A stretch of DNA of 64,000 nucleotides from Patescibacteria group bacterium (GCA_042569905.1 JBHPHA010000001.1:8515-72514), one strand, 5' to 3'; positions 47,947 through 58,525 are shown, counted from the first letter of the stretch. Numbers and translations: made by a program. The notes: generated from the letters alone by a model not told the origin.

Positions 47947-48058
47947 AATAACACCTCCTGCATAAACATTTTTTAAATTAATTACTTTCTATTTCAAGTA
48001 ACTACTTTTCTTAAATTAACCCCATGCCCTAAAAATGTCAAACTCGCCAATCGATAAT

Positions 48059-48095
48059 AAAACCCAGTGCGGATAATTTTCCACTCTGGGTTTTT
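48059..48095. repeat. 37-nt hairpin element, copy 2
   Basis: aaaacccagtgcggataattttccactctgggttttt. Confidence 0.6.
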
Positions 48096-48116
48096 CTTTT
48101 TTCACCTACATTACTA

Positions 48117-48200
48117 CCAACAACCGAACATTCTTCCTGCAATAACTATTGCTATTGCGGTACATGTCAAACCAGCCACTACTTTTGCACTCATCTCATA
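48117..48200 (-). CDS. candidate 27-aa hydrophobic micro-protein
   Basis: ATG with a GGAGTATGAG upstream context. Peptide MSAKVVAGLTCTAIAIVIAGRMFGCW. Followed by hairpin copy 2. Confidence 0.25.
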
Positions 48201-48293
48201 CTCCTTCTTTTGAATTTCATAAAAAAGAAACACGCTAACACGCTTAAACTAGCCCCATCATCCAAAAGTGTCAAGATTCTTACAACAAAAAAA

Positions 48294-49025
48294 CTATTTC
48301 AATTCAATTTTTTCAATCGCGACATCTTCAAGCGGATGATCACTTTGATTAGTCTTTGCTCCTTCGATTTTTTCAACCACGTCCATTCCACTAACAATCT
48401 TTCCAAAATTAGTATGCTTTCCATCAAGCCAAGGAGTGGACTCAGCAGTTACAATAAAGAATTGTGACCCATTAGTTCCTGGTCCTGAGTTTGCCATAGC
48501 CAATGAACCTCTCACAAGTGGATGCTTGTTAAACTCATCCTTAAATGTGTATCCTGGACCACCCATTCCATGTGTTGACCAATCACTACTCTTTGAATTC
48601 GGATCTCCTCCTTGAATCATAAACTCAGTGATCACTCGATGAAACAACGTCCCATCATAAAATCCCTCTTCAGCTAAGCGAAGGAAGTTTCCTACTGTCA
48701 CAGGAGAATCTTCTCCAAAAAACTCAACTTCAATCGAACCATAATTGGTCACTAGAGTTGCAGTCTTGTATTTGTTTGAATATGCCAAACTCTCTTTCTC
48801 AACATCAATCATATTTTTTTCAGAAACATTATTTTTATTATTTAATTCTTCCTTAGAAATGCTGTCCTTAGTGGCACCCTTATCCTTTTCTTGCTCACTA
48901 ACATTTAACAACTTCCCCCTAGAAGACTTCCCACTCATAGGATCATCTGGGGTAAATAAACCACATCCGCTAATAAAAATGACCACAAAAAAAATAGTCA
49001 CTCCTTGAAAAATTTTCTTCCTCAT
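48294..49025 (-). CDS. peptidyl-prolyl cis-trans isomerase, cyclophilin type, lipoprotein
   Basis: HRVITEFMIQGGDP cyclophilin core. N-terminal lipobox ISGCG. Confidence 0.8.
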   Translation of the reverse strand: MRKKIFQGVTIFFVVIFISGCGLFTPDDPMSGKSSRGKLLNVSEQEKDKGATKDSISKEELNNKNNVSEKNMIDVEKESLAYSNKYKTATLVTNYGSIEVEFFGEDSPVTVGNFLRLAEEGFYDGTLFHRVITEFMIQGGDPNSKSSDWSTHGMGGPGYTFKDEFNKHPLVRGSLAMANSGPGTNGSQFFIVTAESTPWLDGKHTNFGKIVSGMDVVEKIEGAKTNQSDHPLEDVAIEKIELK

Positions 49026-49043
49026 TACTTTAAATAAAACTAA

Positions 49044-49496
49044 TTACAATAAACTGTCTTCATCAAAAACAATCTCCCTACTGTTTTCATTTAACCATGA
49101 GAATCTAATCCACAAAGCATCTTCAGGAAGAGCCCTTTTGATTTTCTCTGGCCACTCAACAATCACAACACTTTTTTTGTCTCCAGCAAATTCCTCCCAT
49201 CCCAATTCCAATATATCTCCGGCATTGATCCTGTATGCATCAACATGATACACATTCCTTATATCACATTCTCCATCACAATCCTCCAAAAGATCATAAT
49301 GCTTCATCACAACAAATGTCGGACTAGTGTATGGACCCTTTGCACCTATTCCCTCAAGCAATCCTTGAGTAAAAGTTGTTTTTCCACCACCCAATTGTCC
49401 ATCCAAACAAATCACCTCTCCTCCTCTTAATTTCTTAGCGACATCATTCCCAAGATTTCTTGTCTCCTTATCGCTATCTGTTATTATTCTTTTCAT
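49044..49496 (-). CDS. tsaE: tRNA threonylcarbamoyladenosine biosynthesis ATPase TsaE
   Basis: Walker A GQLGGGKTTFTQG. 150 aa. Confidence 0.75.
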   Translation of the reverse strand: MKRIITDSDKETRNLGNDVAKKLRGGEVICLDGQLGGGKTTFTQGLLEGIGAKGPYTSPTFVVMKHYDLLEDCDGECDIRNVYHVDAYRINAGDILELGWEEFAGDKKSVVIVEWPEKIKRALPEDALWIRFSWLNENSREIVFDEDSLL

Positions 49497-49794
49497 AAGA
49501 TAATTCTTTCTTGAATTATAAATTTAAGGCTTTTATAAGTCCACAAAAATAATTCTTTATTAAGCTCTTTCCTTACTTATAGATTACCATTATTTGAAAA
49601 AGTGTCAAAATAAAAAAGCTCATCTCTATCACCAACAACCCTCTTAAAATTTGAACTAAGACTTAAAAACCTCCTAACTTCTAATCATTATATATGAATA
49701 CAACTTGCTTTTCGCTTACATCCTACTAACTGTTATTGATTTTTAGCCAATAAAATACTATGATACAGAATAATAATCTAGTTAATATTTTCAT

Positions 49795-50871
49795 ATGATC
49801 ATTCTTGGAATCGAAACATCTTGTGATGAAACAGCTGTTTCATTAATTAAAAAAACTTCAGATAACGTTGAGGTTCTTTCTAACGCAGTTTCATCACAGG
49901 TAGAACTTCATGCAGCCTGGGGTGGAGTTGTTCCAAATCTGGCTGCTAGAGAACACCTTAAAAACATCCTTCCAGTTCTAGAGGAATCACTATCAGAGGC
50001 TCAACTCACAAAAGACGATGTAGATTTGATTTCTGTGACCCAAGGGCCAGGACTTATTCCAGCGCTCCTTGTTGGAACAAATTTTGCAAAAACACTTTCC
50101 TATCTATGGAAAAAACCCTTAATAGGTATTCACCATATAGAAGGACATATTTATGCCAACTTCATTGGAAGATCTGACATTAACTTCCCAGTACTTGCAC
50201 TAGTGGTTTCCGGAGGACACACTCAATTAGTGCTGATGAGAGATCACCTAAACTATGAAGTAGTTGGCGAAACTCAAGATGATGCTGTTGGTGAAGCTTT
50301 TGACAAAGTAGCTAGAACCCTTGACCTCGGATATCCAGGAGGCCCTATCGTGTCTCAAAAAGCAGAAGAGTTCAAATCATCACAAACCTCAAATCCTGAA
50401 TCTCAAATCTCACTCCCCCGCCCGATGCTCAATTCTCCAAATTTTAACTTTTCATTTTCAGGACTGAAAACCGCTGTTCTATATAAAGTGAAAGAACTGA
50501 AAAAAAGTCTATCTGCAGATGAATTTCAAAGATTAATCCCAGAAATCTGTCACGAATTCCAACAAGCTTGCATTGATGTTTTGATTCATAAAACACTGAA
50601 AGCTACAAAAAAATATTCACCAAAGTCAATTGTTATTGCTGGAGGAGTTTCAGCCAACACAGAGTTAAAAAAACAATTAGAAGAATCGGTCTACGAAAAG
50701 TTTCCAGAAATTACCTATAGCAATCCAGATTTCACATATTCGCTAGACAACGCCGCAATGATTGCCAGTGCGGCAAGTTTTCGATGGGGAAAAATGACTG
50801 AGGAGCAAAAAGCTGAAGCTACTACCAATTGGAAAACTCTTCAAGCCAATGCAGGCTTATCAATGAATTAG
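49795..50871 (+). CDS. tsaD: tRNA N6-adenosine threonylcarbamoyltransferase TsaD
   Basis: MIILGIETSCDETAVSL N-terminus with HxxxH metal motif (HHIEGH). Confidence 0.85.
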   Translation: MIILGIETSCDETAVSLIKKTSDNVEVLSNAVSSQVELHAAWGGVVPNLAAREHLKNILPVLEESLSEAQLTKDDVDLISVTQGPGLIPALLVGTNFAKTLSYLWKKPLIGIHHIEGHIYANFIGRSDINFPVLALVVSGGHTQLVLMRDHLNYEVVGETQDDAVGEAFDKVARTLDLGYPGGPIVSQKAEEFKSSQTSNPESQISLPRPMLNSPNFNFSFSGLKTAVLYKVKELKKSLSADEFQRLIPEICHEFQQACIDVLIHKTLKATKKYSPKSIVIAGGVSANTELKKQLEESVYEKFPEITYSNPDFTYSLDNAAMIASAASFRWGKMTEEQKAEATTNWKTLQANAGLSMN

Positions 50872-50957
50872 TCTCTTGACAACCTAGTGCATCTAGATTA
50901 ATCTATAATGTTGTTCATTAAAAATCAAACTTCAACAATCAAAAAATAGGAGGACTT

Positions 50958-51233
50958 ATGACAACCAATGTTTATGTTCGGAAACCAGAACGATCAACTA
51001 TCAACAGAAGAGTTATTGTGAAGCAGGCCTGCGTACGTATAGTTAAAGGTTCAAGTATTATTGTTATTGCTAATATTCCCCCAAGAAAACTGCATACTGT
51101 TTTCAGTTTATCTGTCTTATTCAGTAATGATGAGATCGATGCATTGAATCTCAAAAGAACACTGAAGGCTATTATAAGCAGGCATTATCAGGAAAACAAC
51201 GTATTGGGAGATATACTCTCTGAATCATACTAA
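50958..51233 (+). CDS. small hypothetical protein (SD-bearing cassette, gene 1)
   Basis: TAGGAGGA SD 7 nt upstream of the ATG. 91 aa. Confidence 0.4.
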   Translation: MTTNVYVRKPERSTINRRVIVKQACVRIVKGSSIIVIANIPPRKLHTVFSLSVLFSNDEIDALNLKRTLKAIISRHYQENNVLGDILSESY

Positions 51234-51260
51234 TAGACTTCAATAATGGAGGAATGACTG

Positions 51261-51527
51261 ATGTCCGCCATATACGTGAGTATATTAAACGGGGAAAAAC
51301 GAACTCACATCTCTACCAAATTCAATCCCACGGAAACAAGTCGCCTACTCAGAATGGCCCAAGGAAAACTTATATTCTATTTTACTGATGTTCCATCTGA
51401 GATGATCACTAGCGTCTTTCAATTGTGTCAAAAATTTTCACGTGAAGAAATTACACCAAGAGATTTTCGAAAAACAGCTGTTGGATTAGAAATTCAATCT
51501 AATCTCAAGCCAAATCAAGTCAACTAA
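51261..51527 (+). CDS. small hypothetical protein (cassette gene 2)
   Basis: GGAGGA SD at -7. 88 aa. Confidence 0.4.
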   Translation: MSAIYVSILNGEKRTHISTKFNPTETSRLLRMAQGKLIFYFTDVPSEMITSVFQLCQKFSREEITPRDFRKTAVGLEIQSNLKPNQVN

Positions 51528-51547
51528 CAACACACGGAGGATTGCAT

Positions 51548-51850
51548 ATGAGACTTTATTTCGTTTATATCACTGAGCATGAGAATACTGGAGAGAAAAC
51601 TACTCGAATCAGAGAGGGTCTGGATGATTTTTCCGATGATATAGCACGCGGGAATAGAGTGGGATCGAATATTATTCAAGCGTTTCAATTCGCAGAAGAA
51701 GATAATAGTAGTAAATACGCAGGAGCATTGTTGATTTGCAATAATTATATCAATAAACAAATGACAGAAGAGGATTTACTCAAAGAAATATCTGCATTGG
51801 GCGGAATAATAATAACCATAGATGAAGGCATAGAAATAGATTTTACATAA
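51548..51850 (+). CDS. small acidic hypothetical protein (cassette gene 3)
   Basis: GGAGG SD at -7 of the ATG at 51548. Approximately 100 aa. Confidence 0.4.
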   Translation: MRLYFVYITEHENTGEKTTRIREGLDDFSDDIARGNRVGSNIIQAFQFAEEDNSSKYAGALLICNNYINKQMTEEDLLKEISALGGIIITIDEGIEIDFT

Positions 51851-52081
51851 AAGAATACTTCAAAAAGAAGATTCACTTTCGATTATCGTTCATCATGGAT
51901 TCAATTGGAAAAAATTCCAAAACAAATTAGTGAGCAAGTATTCTTAATAAGTTTTAACAAGCAGTCAAGCAATCTTGGCTGCTTTTTTATTGACAATTTT
52001 TATTTTTTACTATAAACTAAAGCCAATTGAAAATCTGTTCAAGTGCATAAACAACCTATATAGAAAAAAGGAGGTCATAAA

Positions 52082-52318
52082 ATGGATTGGAAGATTGCAC
52101 ATGTTTGTTGTATTTGCAGCGAACTTTTTGCCTGCAAATTTGATACTCAAACACGATATTGTTGCGATGAGTGTGAAAATGAAAAAGTATGTACATTGAA
52201 ATCTTTTTCAAACATTCAAATCGATCGCTATGGGCTTTGCCTATACTGCGAAATCGAAGCAATGATTGAAAGAGAAGAGATACGAGAAGCAAAGAAAAAA
52301 CTAACCTTAGTCCGCTAA
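52082..52318 (+). CDS. small Cys-rich zinc-finger-like protein (cassette gene 4)
   Basis: AAGGAGG SD at -7. 78 aa. CCICS...CKF...CCDEC...C...CLYC. Confidence 0.4.
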   Translation: MDWKIAHVCCICSELFACKFDTQTRYCCDECENEKVCTLKSFSNIQIDRYGLCLYCEIEAMIEREEIREAKKKLTLVR

Positions 52319-52409
52319 TCACTAAATTATTTGTGATAGCGGATTTTTTCTTGAAAAATAAGCACAATACTGCTAAGATATCATTATTAAGATTAAAAAA
52401 CTTACAAAT

Positions 52410-55154
52410 ATGTCAAACAAGGAAATACCAAAAAATTACGAACCAAAAAAAACAGAGGATGCTATTTACAAAGCATGGAAAGAGTCTGGATTTTTTAATC
52501 CAGATAATCTTGATGGTGAGCCATATTCAATTATGATGCCACCGCCAAATGTAACTGGAATTCTTCATCTTGGTCACGCCCTTGAAAATTCAATCATGGA
52601 TACAATGGCAAGATATCAAAGACTTCAAGGCAAAAAAGTTCTTTTGCTTCCCGGAACAGATCACGCTGCAGTTGCTACTCAAGCAAAGGTTGAAAAGCTT
52701 CTAGTTGAACAAGGTCACGCAAACCCAAGGGAAGAATTCGGACGAGAAGGACTTCTCGAAAAAATCAGAGAATATGCGGAACAATCAAAGTCGACTATTC
52801 TTTCTCAGGTTCAAAAAATGGGAACTAGCTGCGATTGGGACCGTTTGGCATATACCTTTGACGAAGAAAGAAGTAAAATGGTAAACACTGTTTTTGAAAA
52901 AATGTACAATGATGGATTAATTTACCGCGGACATAAAGTTGTGAATTGGTCAGTCAAGGGGCAATCAACTTGTAGTGATGACGAACTTGAGCATGCAGAA
53001 AGAGTTGGAAAACTATATACTTTCAAATATTCAAAAGACTTCCCTATTACAATTGCAACCACTCGCCCAGAAACTAAATTAGGTGACACTGCAGTAGCAG
53101 TAAACCCGACTGACAAAAGATATCAAGAATTCATTGGAAAAACTTTCACAGTAGATATTGGAGCAGCGAGACCACTTGGAATCAAGGTAATTGCCAATGA
53201 TGAGGTTGACCCTGAATTTGGAACAGGTGCAGTTGGAGTTACTCCAGCCCACAGTCCAGTTGACTTTGAGATGTATGAAGTTCAAAAAGCCAAACAGGAT
53301 CCAATTGAACTTATTCAAGTTATTGGTGAAGACGGAAAGATGACATCCACAGCTGGTGAAAAATATGCAGGACTACCAGTCCTTGAAGCCAGAGAAAAAT
53401 TCGTTGAATTCTTACAAGAGAATAATCTCTTAGAAAAAGAAGAAGATGTAACTCAAAACGTTGGAACATCAGACAGATTCGGTGATGTCGTTGAAGCGCT
53501 TCCAAAAACTCAATGGTTTATTGATGTGAACAAAAAAATCCCTGGACGTGAAAAAAGCCTCAAGGAGCTTATGATCGCAGCAGTAAAAACTGGACACAAC
53601 GGTGATGCAGCTCAAAAAGTCACTATCAACCCAGATAGATTTGAAAAGATATATTTCAATTGGATTGAAAACCTTCGTGACTGGTGTATCTCTCGTCAAG
53701 TCTGGTGGGGTCATCAAATTCCTGTTTGGTATCGACTTAAATCTGGGAAACTAACCAGAGGAGAAATAGGTACGCTTACAGACCATGTTGAAATATATTG
53801 CGGATCAAACCCTCCCACTCCAATACAGGAAGATCCCGATGTTAAAGACGATAAAAGCTGGACTCAAGACCCTGATACACTAGATACCTGGTTTTCTAGT
53901 GGACTCTGGACTTTCTCAACACTCACAGAAGAAGAGCGAAAAACTTTTCATCCAACCAATTGGATGCAGATGGGTCACGAAATTCTTTTTTTCTGGATGG
54001 CAAGAATGATTCTTATGAGCACATACTTTATGGATGAAATTCCTTTTAAGGAGGTTTATATCCACGGAATGCTTCGAGATGAAAAAGGGAATAAGTTTTC
54101 AAAATCAGCTGGAAACAATCTTGACCCAATTGAAATGATTGAAAAATATGGAACAGATGCTCTCCGACTAGGACTAATCACAGGAATTGCTCCTGGAAAT
54201 GACTCCAAATTCTATGAAGAAAAAGTTGAGAGCTCTCGAAACTTCGTAAATAAACTTTGGAATATTTCAAGATATATCCTACAAAAAGAATCTATTACTG
54301 AAGAAATTTCAATCAACAAAAATAACCTTACCATCGCTGACAGATGGATTACTCGAAAAATGTCTGTTTTGATTGAAGATGTTACCAAAGATTTGGATAG
54401 AGCTAGATTTTCTCAAGCTAGTGAAAAAATTCATGAGTTCACAAAAAATGATTTTGCAGATTGGTATCTTGAAATTTCAAAATTCAAAGATAACACAAGC
54501 GAAAAAAATATCATTCTTCTCACAATACTCAAGGACTTATTGAAACTTTGGCACCCATTCATTCCTTTTGTAACTGAAACTATTTGGAAAGAAATTGAAG
54601 GAAATGACTTATTGCTAATTCAAAAATGGCCAAAAAAGGAATATTATTTGGATACATTTGACATAGCATCCCAATCTGACGAAATAAACTTTGAACCAAT
54701 TGTTGAAATCATTCAAGCAGTAAGGAACATAAAAACTGAAAACAAGATTGAGCCTGCTAAAAAAATAAAGCTATTCATCAATACAGGAAGCTCATCTATT
54801 CAAAGCTTCGATGAAATTATCAAAACTCAAGAGAATCTAATCAAGAGCCTCAGAACTGGAGTTGAAGAAATTTCATATGGGTCAACTACTGAAAAATCAA
54901 TTTCAAAAACCACTTCCTACGGAATAACAGTATCAATTCCACTTGAAGGACTAATCGACACAGAAAAAGAGCGAGCTGAAAAAGAAAAAGAAGTTAAAAA
55001 CTTAGAAGGCTACATCAATTCACTTGAAGGTAAACTGACTAATGAGCAATTCATTTCCAGAGCACCAGAAGAAGTTATTGCTCGAGAAAAAGAAAGTCTT
55101 AAAAAAGCAAAATCCCAGTTATCTGAGATCGAAAAATATTTGAAATCATTATAA
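52410..55154 (+). CDS. valS: valine--tRNA ligase
   Basis: HIGH motif PPPNVTGILHLGHA, KMSKS-like KFSKSAGN, C-terminal coiled coil. 914 aa. Confidence 0.9.
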   Translation: MSNKEIPKNYEPKKTEDAIYKAWKESGFFNPDNLDGEPYSIMMPPPNVTGILHLGHALENSIMDTMARYQRLQGKKVLLLPGTDHAAVATQAKVEKLLVEQGHANPREEFGREGLLEKIREYAEQSKSTILSQVQKMGTSCDWDRLAYTFDEERSKMVNTVFEKMYNDGLIYRGHKVVNWSVKGQSTCSDDELEHAERVGKLYTFKYSKDFPITIATTRPETKLGDTAVAVNPTDKRYQEFIGKTFTVDIGAARPLGIKVIANDEVDPEFGTGAVGVTPAHSPVDFEMYEVQKAKQDPIELIQVIGEDGKMTSTAGEKYAGLPVLEAREKFVEFLQENNLLEKEEDVTQNVGTSDRFGDVVEALPKTQWFIDVNKKIPGREKSLKELMIAAVKTGHNGDAAQKVTINPDRFEKIYFNWIENLRDWCISRQVWWGHQIPVWYRLKSGKLTRGEIGTLTDHVEIYCGSNPPTPIQEDPDVKDDKSWTQDPDTLDTWFSSGLWTFSTLTEEERKTFHPTNWMQMGHEILFFWMARMILMSTYFMDEIPFKEVYIHGMLRDEKGNKFSKSAGNNLDPIEMIEKYGTDALRLGLITGIAPGNDSKFYEEKVESSRNFVNKLWNISRYILQKESITEEISINKNNLTIADRWITRKMSVLIEDVTKDLDRARFSQASEKIHEFTKNDFADWYLEISKFKDNTSEKNIILLTILKDLLKLWHPFIPFVTETIWKEIEGNDLLLIQKWPKKEYYLDTFDIASQSDEINFEPIVEIIQAVRNIKTENKIEPAKKIKLFINTGSSSIQSFDEIIKTQENLIKSLRTGVEEISYGSTTEKSISKTTSYGITVSIPLEGLIDTEKERAEKEKEVKNLEGYINSLEGKLTNEQFISRAPEEVIAREKESLKKAKSQLSEIEKYLKSL

Positions 55155-55158
55155 TTTA

Positions 55159-55190
55159 AAAAGGGCCTAGTGCCCTTTTTATTTTTTTCT
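55159..55190 (+). terminator. Rho-independent terminator
   Basis: aaagggc-ctagt-gcccttt followed by a T-rich run. Confidence 0.6.
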
Positions 55191-55241
55191 CATAGTTCTG
55201 TATACTAAGTAGTATAATAAATAAATTTTAAAATTTACATA

Positions 55242-55826
55242 ATGAAATCAATAATTCAATCCCTTATTTACGGAATGTTTTGTGCAATAGCTGCACTACT
55301 GCTTCAGTTCACACTATCCATATTTTTAATTGATTTTACTAGACCAGAAGACTTTCTTCTGATTCAAAACTCTGCACTGTTTATTTTTGCAGCTGTTCTG
55401 AGTGAGGAGTTTTCTAAGTTCATATTCACCTATAAAGTCATTAAGTCTTTTTCTATCAGCGGGTCTGACTTGATTGCAAACTCTTTTATTGCTGGAATTG
55501 GATTCTCAGCCATTGAGTTAACGCTCTTTATCTATAAATATGAGACGATCACCCAAGTTGATTTCTCAGAAATAGTCAAAGTCACACTTCTTCATATATT
55601 AACATTCGGAATAATTGGATACATCAGTTCATTTCCAAAAAAACCACTTACGATTTTCACCCAAGCTATCATAGTCACAACTGGATTACATTTTGCGTTC
55701 AACTTTTCCAACATCAAGGAGGGAATCTTATTCGAATACACATCAGTTGGTATTATACTACTACTTATACTTTTAAATATTTACAACCTAAGCACTATTA
55801 AAAACAGGCTTGCGAATTCACAATAA
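55242..55826 (+). CDS. PrsW/CPBP-like intramembrane metalloprotease family membrane protein
   Basis: Multi-TM with EExxK (SEEFSK) and HxxxN (GLHFAFN) motifs. Tentative. Confidence 0.35.
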   Translation: MKSIIQSLIYGMFCAIAALLLQFTLSIFLIDFTRPEDFLLIQNSALFIFAAVLSEEFSKFIFTYKVIKSFSISGSDLIANSFIAGIGFSAIELTLFIYKYETITQVDFSEIVKVTLLHILTFGIIGYISSFPKKPLTIFTQAIIVTTGLHFAFNFSNIKEGILFEYTSVGIILLLILLNIYNLSTIKNRLANSQ

Positions 55827-55937
55827 TTATTATATAATTATTGTGAATTAATAAAGTTATATACAATAGTATTTTGAGGTTATTTTCTGACGATTTTAAG
55901 CAAAAAACCAAAAACTACTATCTTTAATAAAGATCAT

Positions 55938-56465
55938 ATGACAAAGCAAAAAAAATCATTTATGGAACGATTAACTGGTTCTAAAAAGATTGAAGAAATG
56001 GAAGAAGAAAATTTGGAGCATATGAATGTAGCATCTGAAGATACTGCACCTGTTTCAATTCCAGCTTCTCCAGAATTAAATTATGATGAATCATCTGACC
56101 AAAATTGGATGACAAATAAGGAAGAAGCTGATGATGATGGACAGTTAACCATCGATGTCTATCAAACTGACACTGAAGTTGTCATCAAATCAACCATCGC
56201 AGGAGTCAAGCCAGAAGACTTGGACGTTTCAATCAATAACGATATGGTTGTTATTAAGGGAGAAAGAACAAATGAAGAAGAAATAAAAGAAGAAGATTTT
56301 TATTACCAAGAATGTTATTGGGGATCTTTCTCAAGATCGATTGTACTTCCTGTTGATGTTTTATCTGAAAAGGCTGAAGCTTCTCTAAAAAACGGAATAC
56401 TTACTCTTAGACTTCCTAAAGCAGAAACAAACAAAATTAAAAAAATTCAAGTTCGTGGCTTCTAG
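55938..56465 (+). CDS. Hsp20/alpha-crystallin small heat shock protein
   Basis: ACD core: LTIDVYQTD...KPEDLDVS...GSFSRSIVLP...NGILTLRLPK. Confidence 0.8.
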   Translation: MTKQKKSFMERLTGSKKIEEMEEENLEHMNVASEDTAPVSIPASPELNYDESSDQNWMTNKEEADDDGQLTIDVYQTDTEVVIKSTIAGVKPEDLDVSINNDMVVIKGERTNEEEIKEEDFYYQECYWGSFSRSIVLPVDVLSEKAEASLKNGILTLRLPKAETNKIKKIQVRGF

Positions 56466-56487
56466 TAAATCTCAGAAGCAATTCTAA

Positions 56488-56520
56488 ACAAAATCCCGCC
56501 AAGTTAAGCGGGTTTTTGTT
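56488..56520 (+). terminator. Rho-independent terminator
   Basis: aaatcccgc-caagttaa-gcgggtttt plus a T-run. Confidence 0.6.
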
Positions 56521-56608
56521 TAGAGTTTATTCACGACACCTCATATCTAGCATCAGACAATCCCCTACAGAACTTGTTTGAAAAACGTTTTTCCATTATT
56601 CTTTAATT

Positions 56609-57880
56609 ATGCTTAAAAAAATATTACTATCAATATCAGTAATTATAACTTGTGGTATGCCCACAGGGTATCTTTTAGCATCTGGAAGCAGTGATATGCT
56701 TATCCTAAAAATAGATGGACAGCAAGATATAACTATTTATAGCGAGGAGATCAATAATTGGATTAATTACAATCCCGAACTTCAATACAACAAAAACTAT
56801 CATTCATCCGTAGAAAACACAGAATATTGCCCAGAGAATATCATTATTTGCAACTTGTCTAAAAGAATAATCGATGGATTACATATCCAAAAAGTCGACA
56901 AAGTAAACATCGACAAAAAAAAGATTGAATTATTTCTAGAAGACTTAGCTAGTAAAGTAAATCAAGACCCTATTGATGCTACATTTACTATTACAGGTAG
57001 CAGAGTTTCAGCTTTTTCAACAGAAAAAGAAGGGATGCAGCTAAACGTCAAAAAGAGCGCAGAGGCAATATATTCCAAATTACAGGACAATTACACTAGT
57101 ACGCCAACAATAAACCTCACAATTGAAAAAATTAGTCCTGAGGTGACATCAAAAGATGTTAATAAGCTTGGAGTTGAAACATTAATCGGAGAAGGTAAAT
57201 CAAATTTCTACGGCTCAACAAGTAGCAGGATTCATAACATCGCAGTAGCTACCAGTCGCTTTGACGGACTACTCATTAAGCCTGGTGAAGAATTTTCATT
57301 CATAGAAAATCTTGGCCCAGTTGACGGAGAAAGTGGATACAAACAGGAACTCGTTATTAAAAAGGATAAAACTGAGCTCGATTATGGCGGAGGAGTTTGC
57401 CAGGTCTCGACCACAGCATTTCGGGCTGCAATCTATAGCGGCCTCGAGATAACTGCCAGAAGAAATCATGCCTACGCTGTTAGCTACTATAATCCTCAAG
57501 GTATGGATGCAACGGTCTACATTCCAAGACCTGATTTAAAATTCATCAACAACACACCGGGATATATACTCATACAAACAGAAATAAACATACCTAAAAG
57601 AGAGTTGATTTTCAGATTTTATGGAACTGACATAGAGAGGAAAACAGAAGTTGATGGACCATACATAACGTCAAGAGAACCAGATGGCTCGATGAAGGCC
57701 ACCTTTACTCAAATTGTTTATGATAAAGACAGTAACGTAATCATTAAAGATATTTTCAATAGCAGTTACGACTCACCAAACAACTACCCTCACCCAGGAG
57801 ACGAGAAAAAATTAACAAAAAAACCAAAAGATTGGTCCAATAAGCAATGGAAAGATTACAGGAGAGCTAATGGAATATAA
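56609..57880 (+). CDS. VanW-family protein
   Basis: PGEEFSF...GY..ELVI...GGGVCQVSTTAFRAA...NHAY...GMDATV...DLKFINNT matches the VanW domain pattern. N-terminal signal/TM. Confidence 0.7.
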   Translation: MLKKILLSISVIITCGMPTGYLLASGSSDMLILKIDGQQDITIYSEEINNWINYNPELQYNKNYHSSVENTEYCPENIIICNLSKRIIDGLHIQKVDKVNIDKKKIELFLEDLASKVNQDPIDATFTITGSRVSAFSTEKEGMQLNVKKSAEAIYSKLQDNYTSTPTINLTIEKISPEVTSKDVNKLGVETLIGEGKSNFYGSTSSRIHNIAVATSRFDGLLIKPGEEFSFIENLGPVDGESGYKQELVIKKDKTELDYGGGVCQVSTTAFRAAIYSGLEITARRNHAYAVSYYNPQGMDATVYIPRPDLKFINNTPGYILIQTEINIPKRELIFRFYGTDIERKTEVDGPYITSREPDGSMKATFTQIVYDKDSNVIIKDIFNSSYDSPNNYPHPGDEKKLTKKPKDWSNKQWKDYRRANGI

Positions 57881-57931
57881 AAACAGCATTTACCATATTA
57901 GGTAATTGCTGTTTTCTTATTTTTCGACACG

Positions 57932-58456
57932 CTATTTCGCATTGCCAAATGAATTCTCGAGCTCTTCGCATTCTCCTATTATTCTGTTAATTCTGGCTTC
58001 GATTTTTTTATGATTACGAAAAAATAATCTTTCCCCGTATTTGTCCAGGAATGCCAAGTGCTGTATTAATCTAAACTTAATAACGCGCAACTTCTTTTTT
58101 TCCCGATTGGAAATTTCATTTTTTTCCAATATCTGCTCAATAATGCCAATCAACTTTCTGTTTATCTTAATGCTAGGAGGTTGACAGAAATACGCAGTCA
58201 CTGATTGATTCCAATCAACCTGCTGATCAGGACTTCCCAAGTGAGCATAGCGATCCAAAATCAATCCCACGACAGTTCTAGTAAACATGAATGTGTTTAT
58301 TTTTAGGTAAGTCTTCAGAACATTATTCCTGGACCATCGTTTGACAATAAACGCAATTAAACCTATTGAAATCACTCCAATCAACATAATAAGCATACCA
58401 TAACCTCCGTAATTTGTATTTTTAAAAAAACTACTTAGAACTAAGTATATTAGCAT
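57932..58456 (-). CDS. hypothetical protein with an N-terminal TM helix
   Basis: ORF only. Confidence 0.3.
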   Translation of the reverse strand: MLIYLVLSSFFKNTNYGGYGMLIMLIGVISIGLIAFIVKRWSRNNVLKTYLKINTFMFTRTVVGLILDRYAHLGSPDQQVDWNQSVTAYFCQPPSIKINRKLIGIIEQILEKNEISNREKKKLRVIKFRLIQHLAFLDKYGERLFFRNHKKIEARINRIIGECEELENSFGNAK

Positions 58457-58525
58457 AATTAAAATAATCTGTCAAGCTACTTACTCCAGATATATGCACC
58501 ACGTAGTGCGTTACCAGAGGATATC

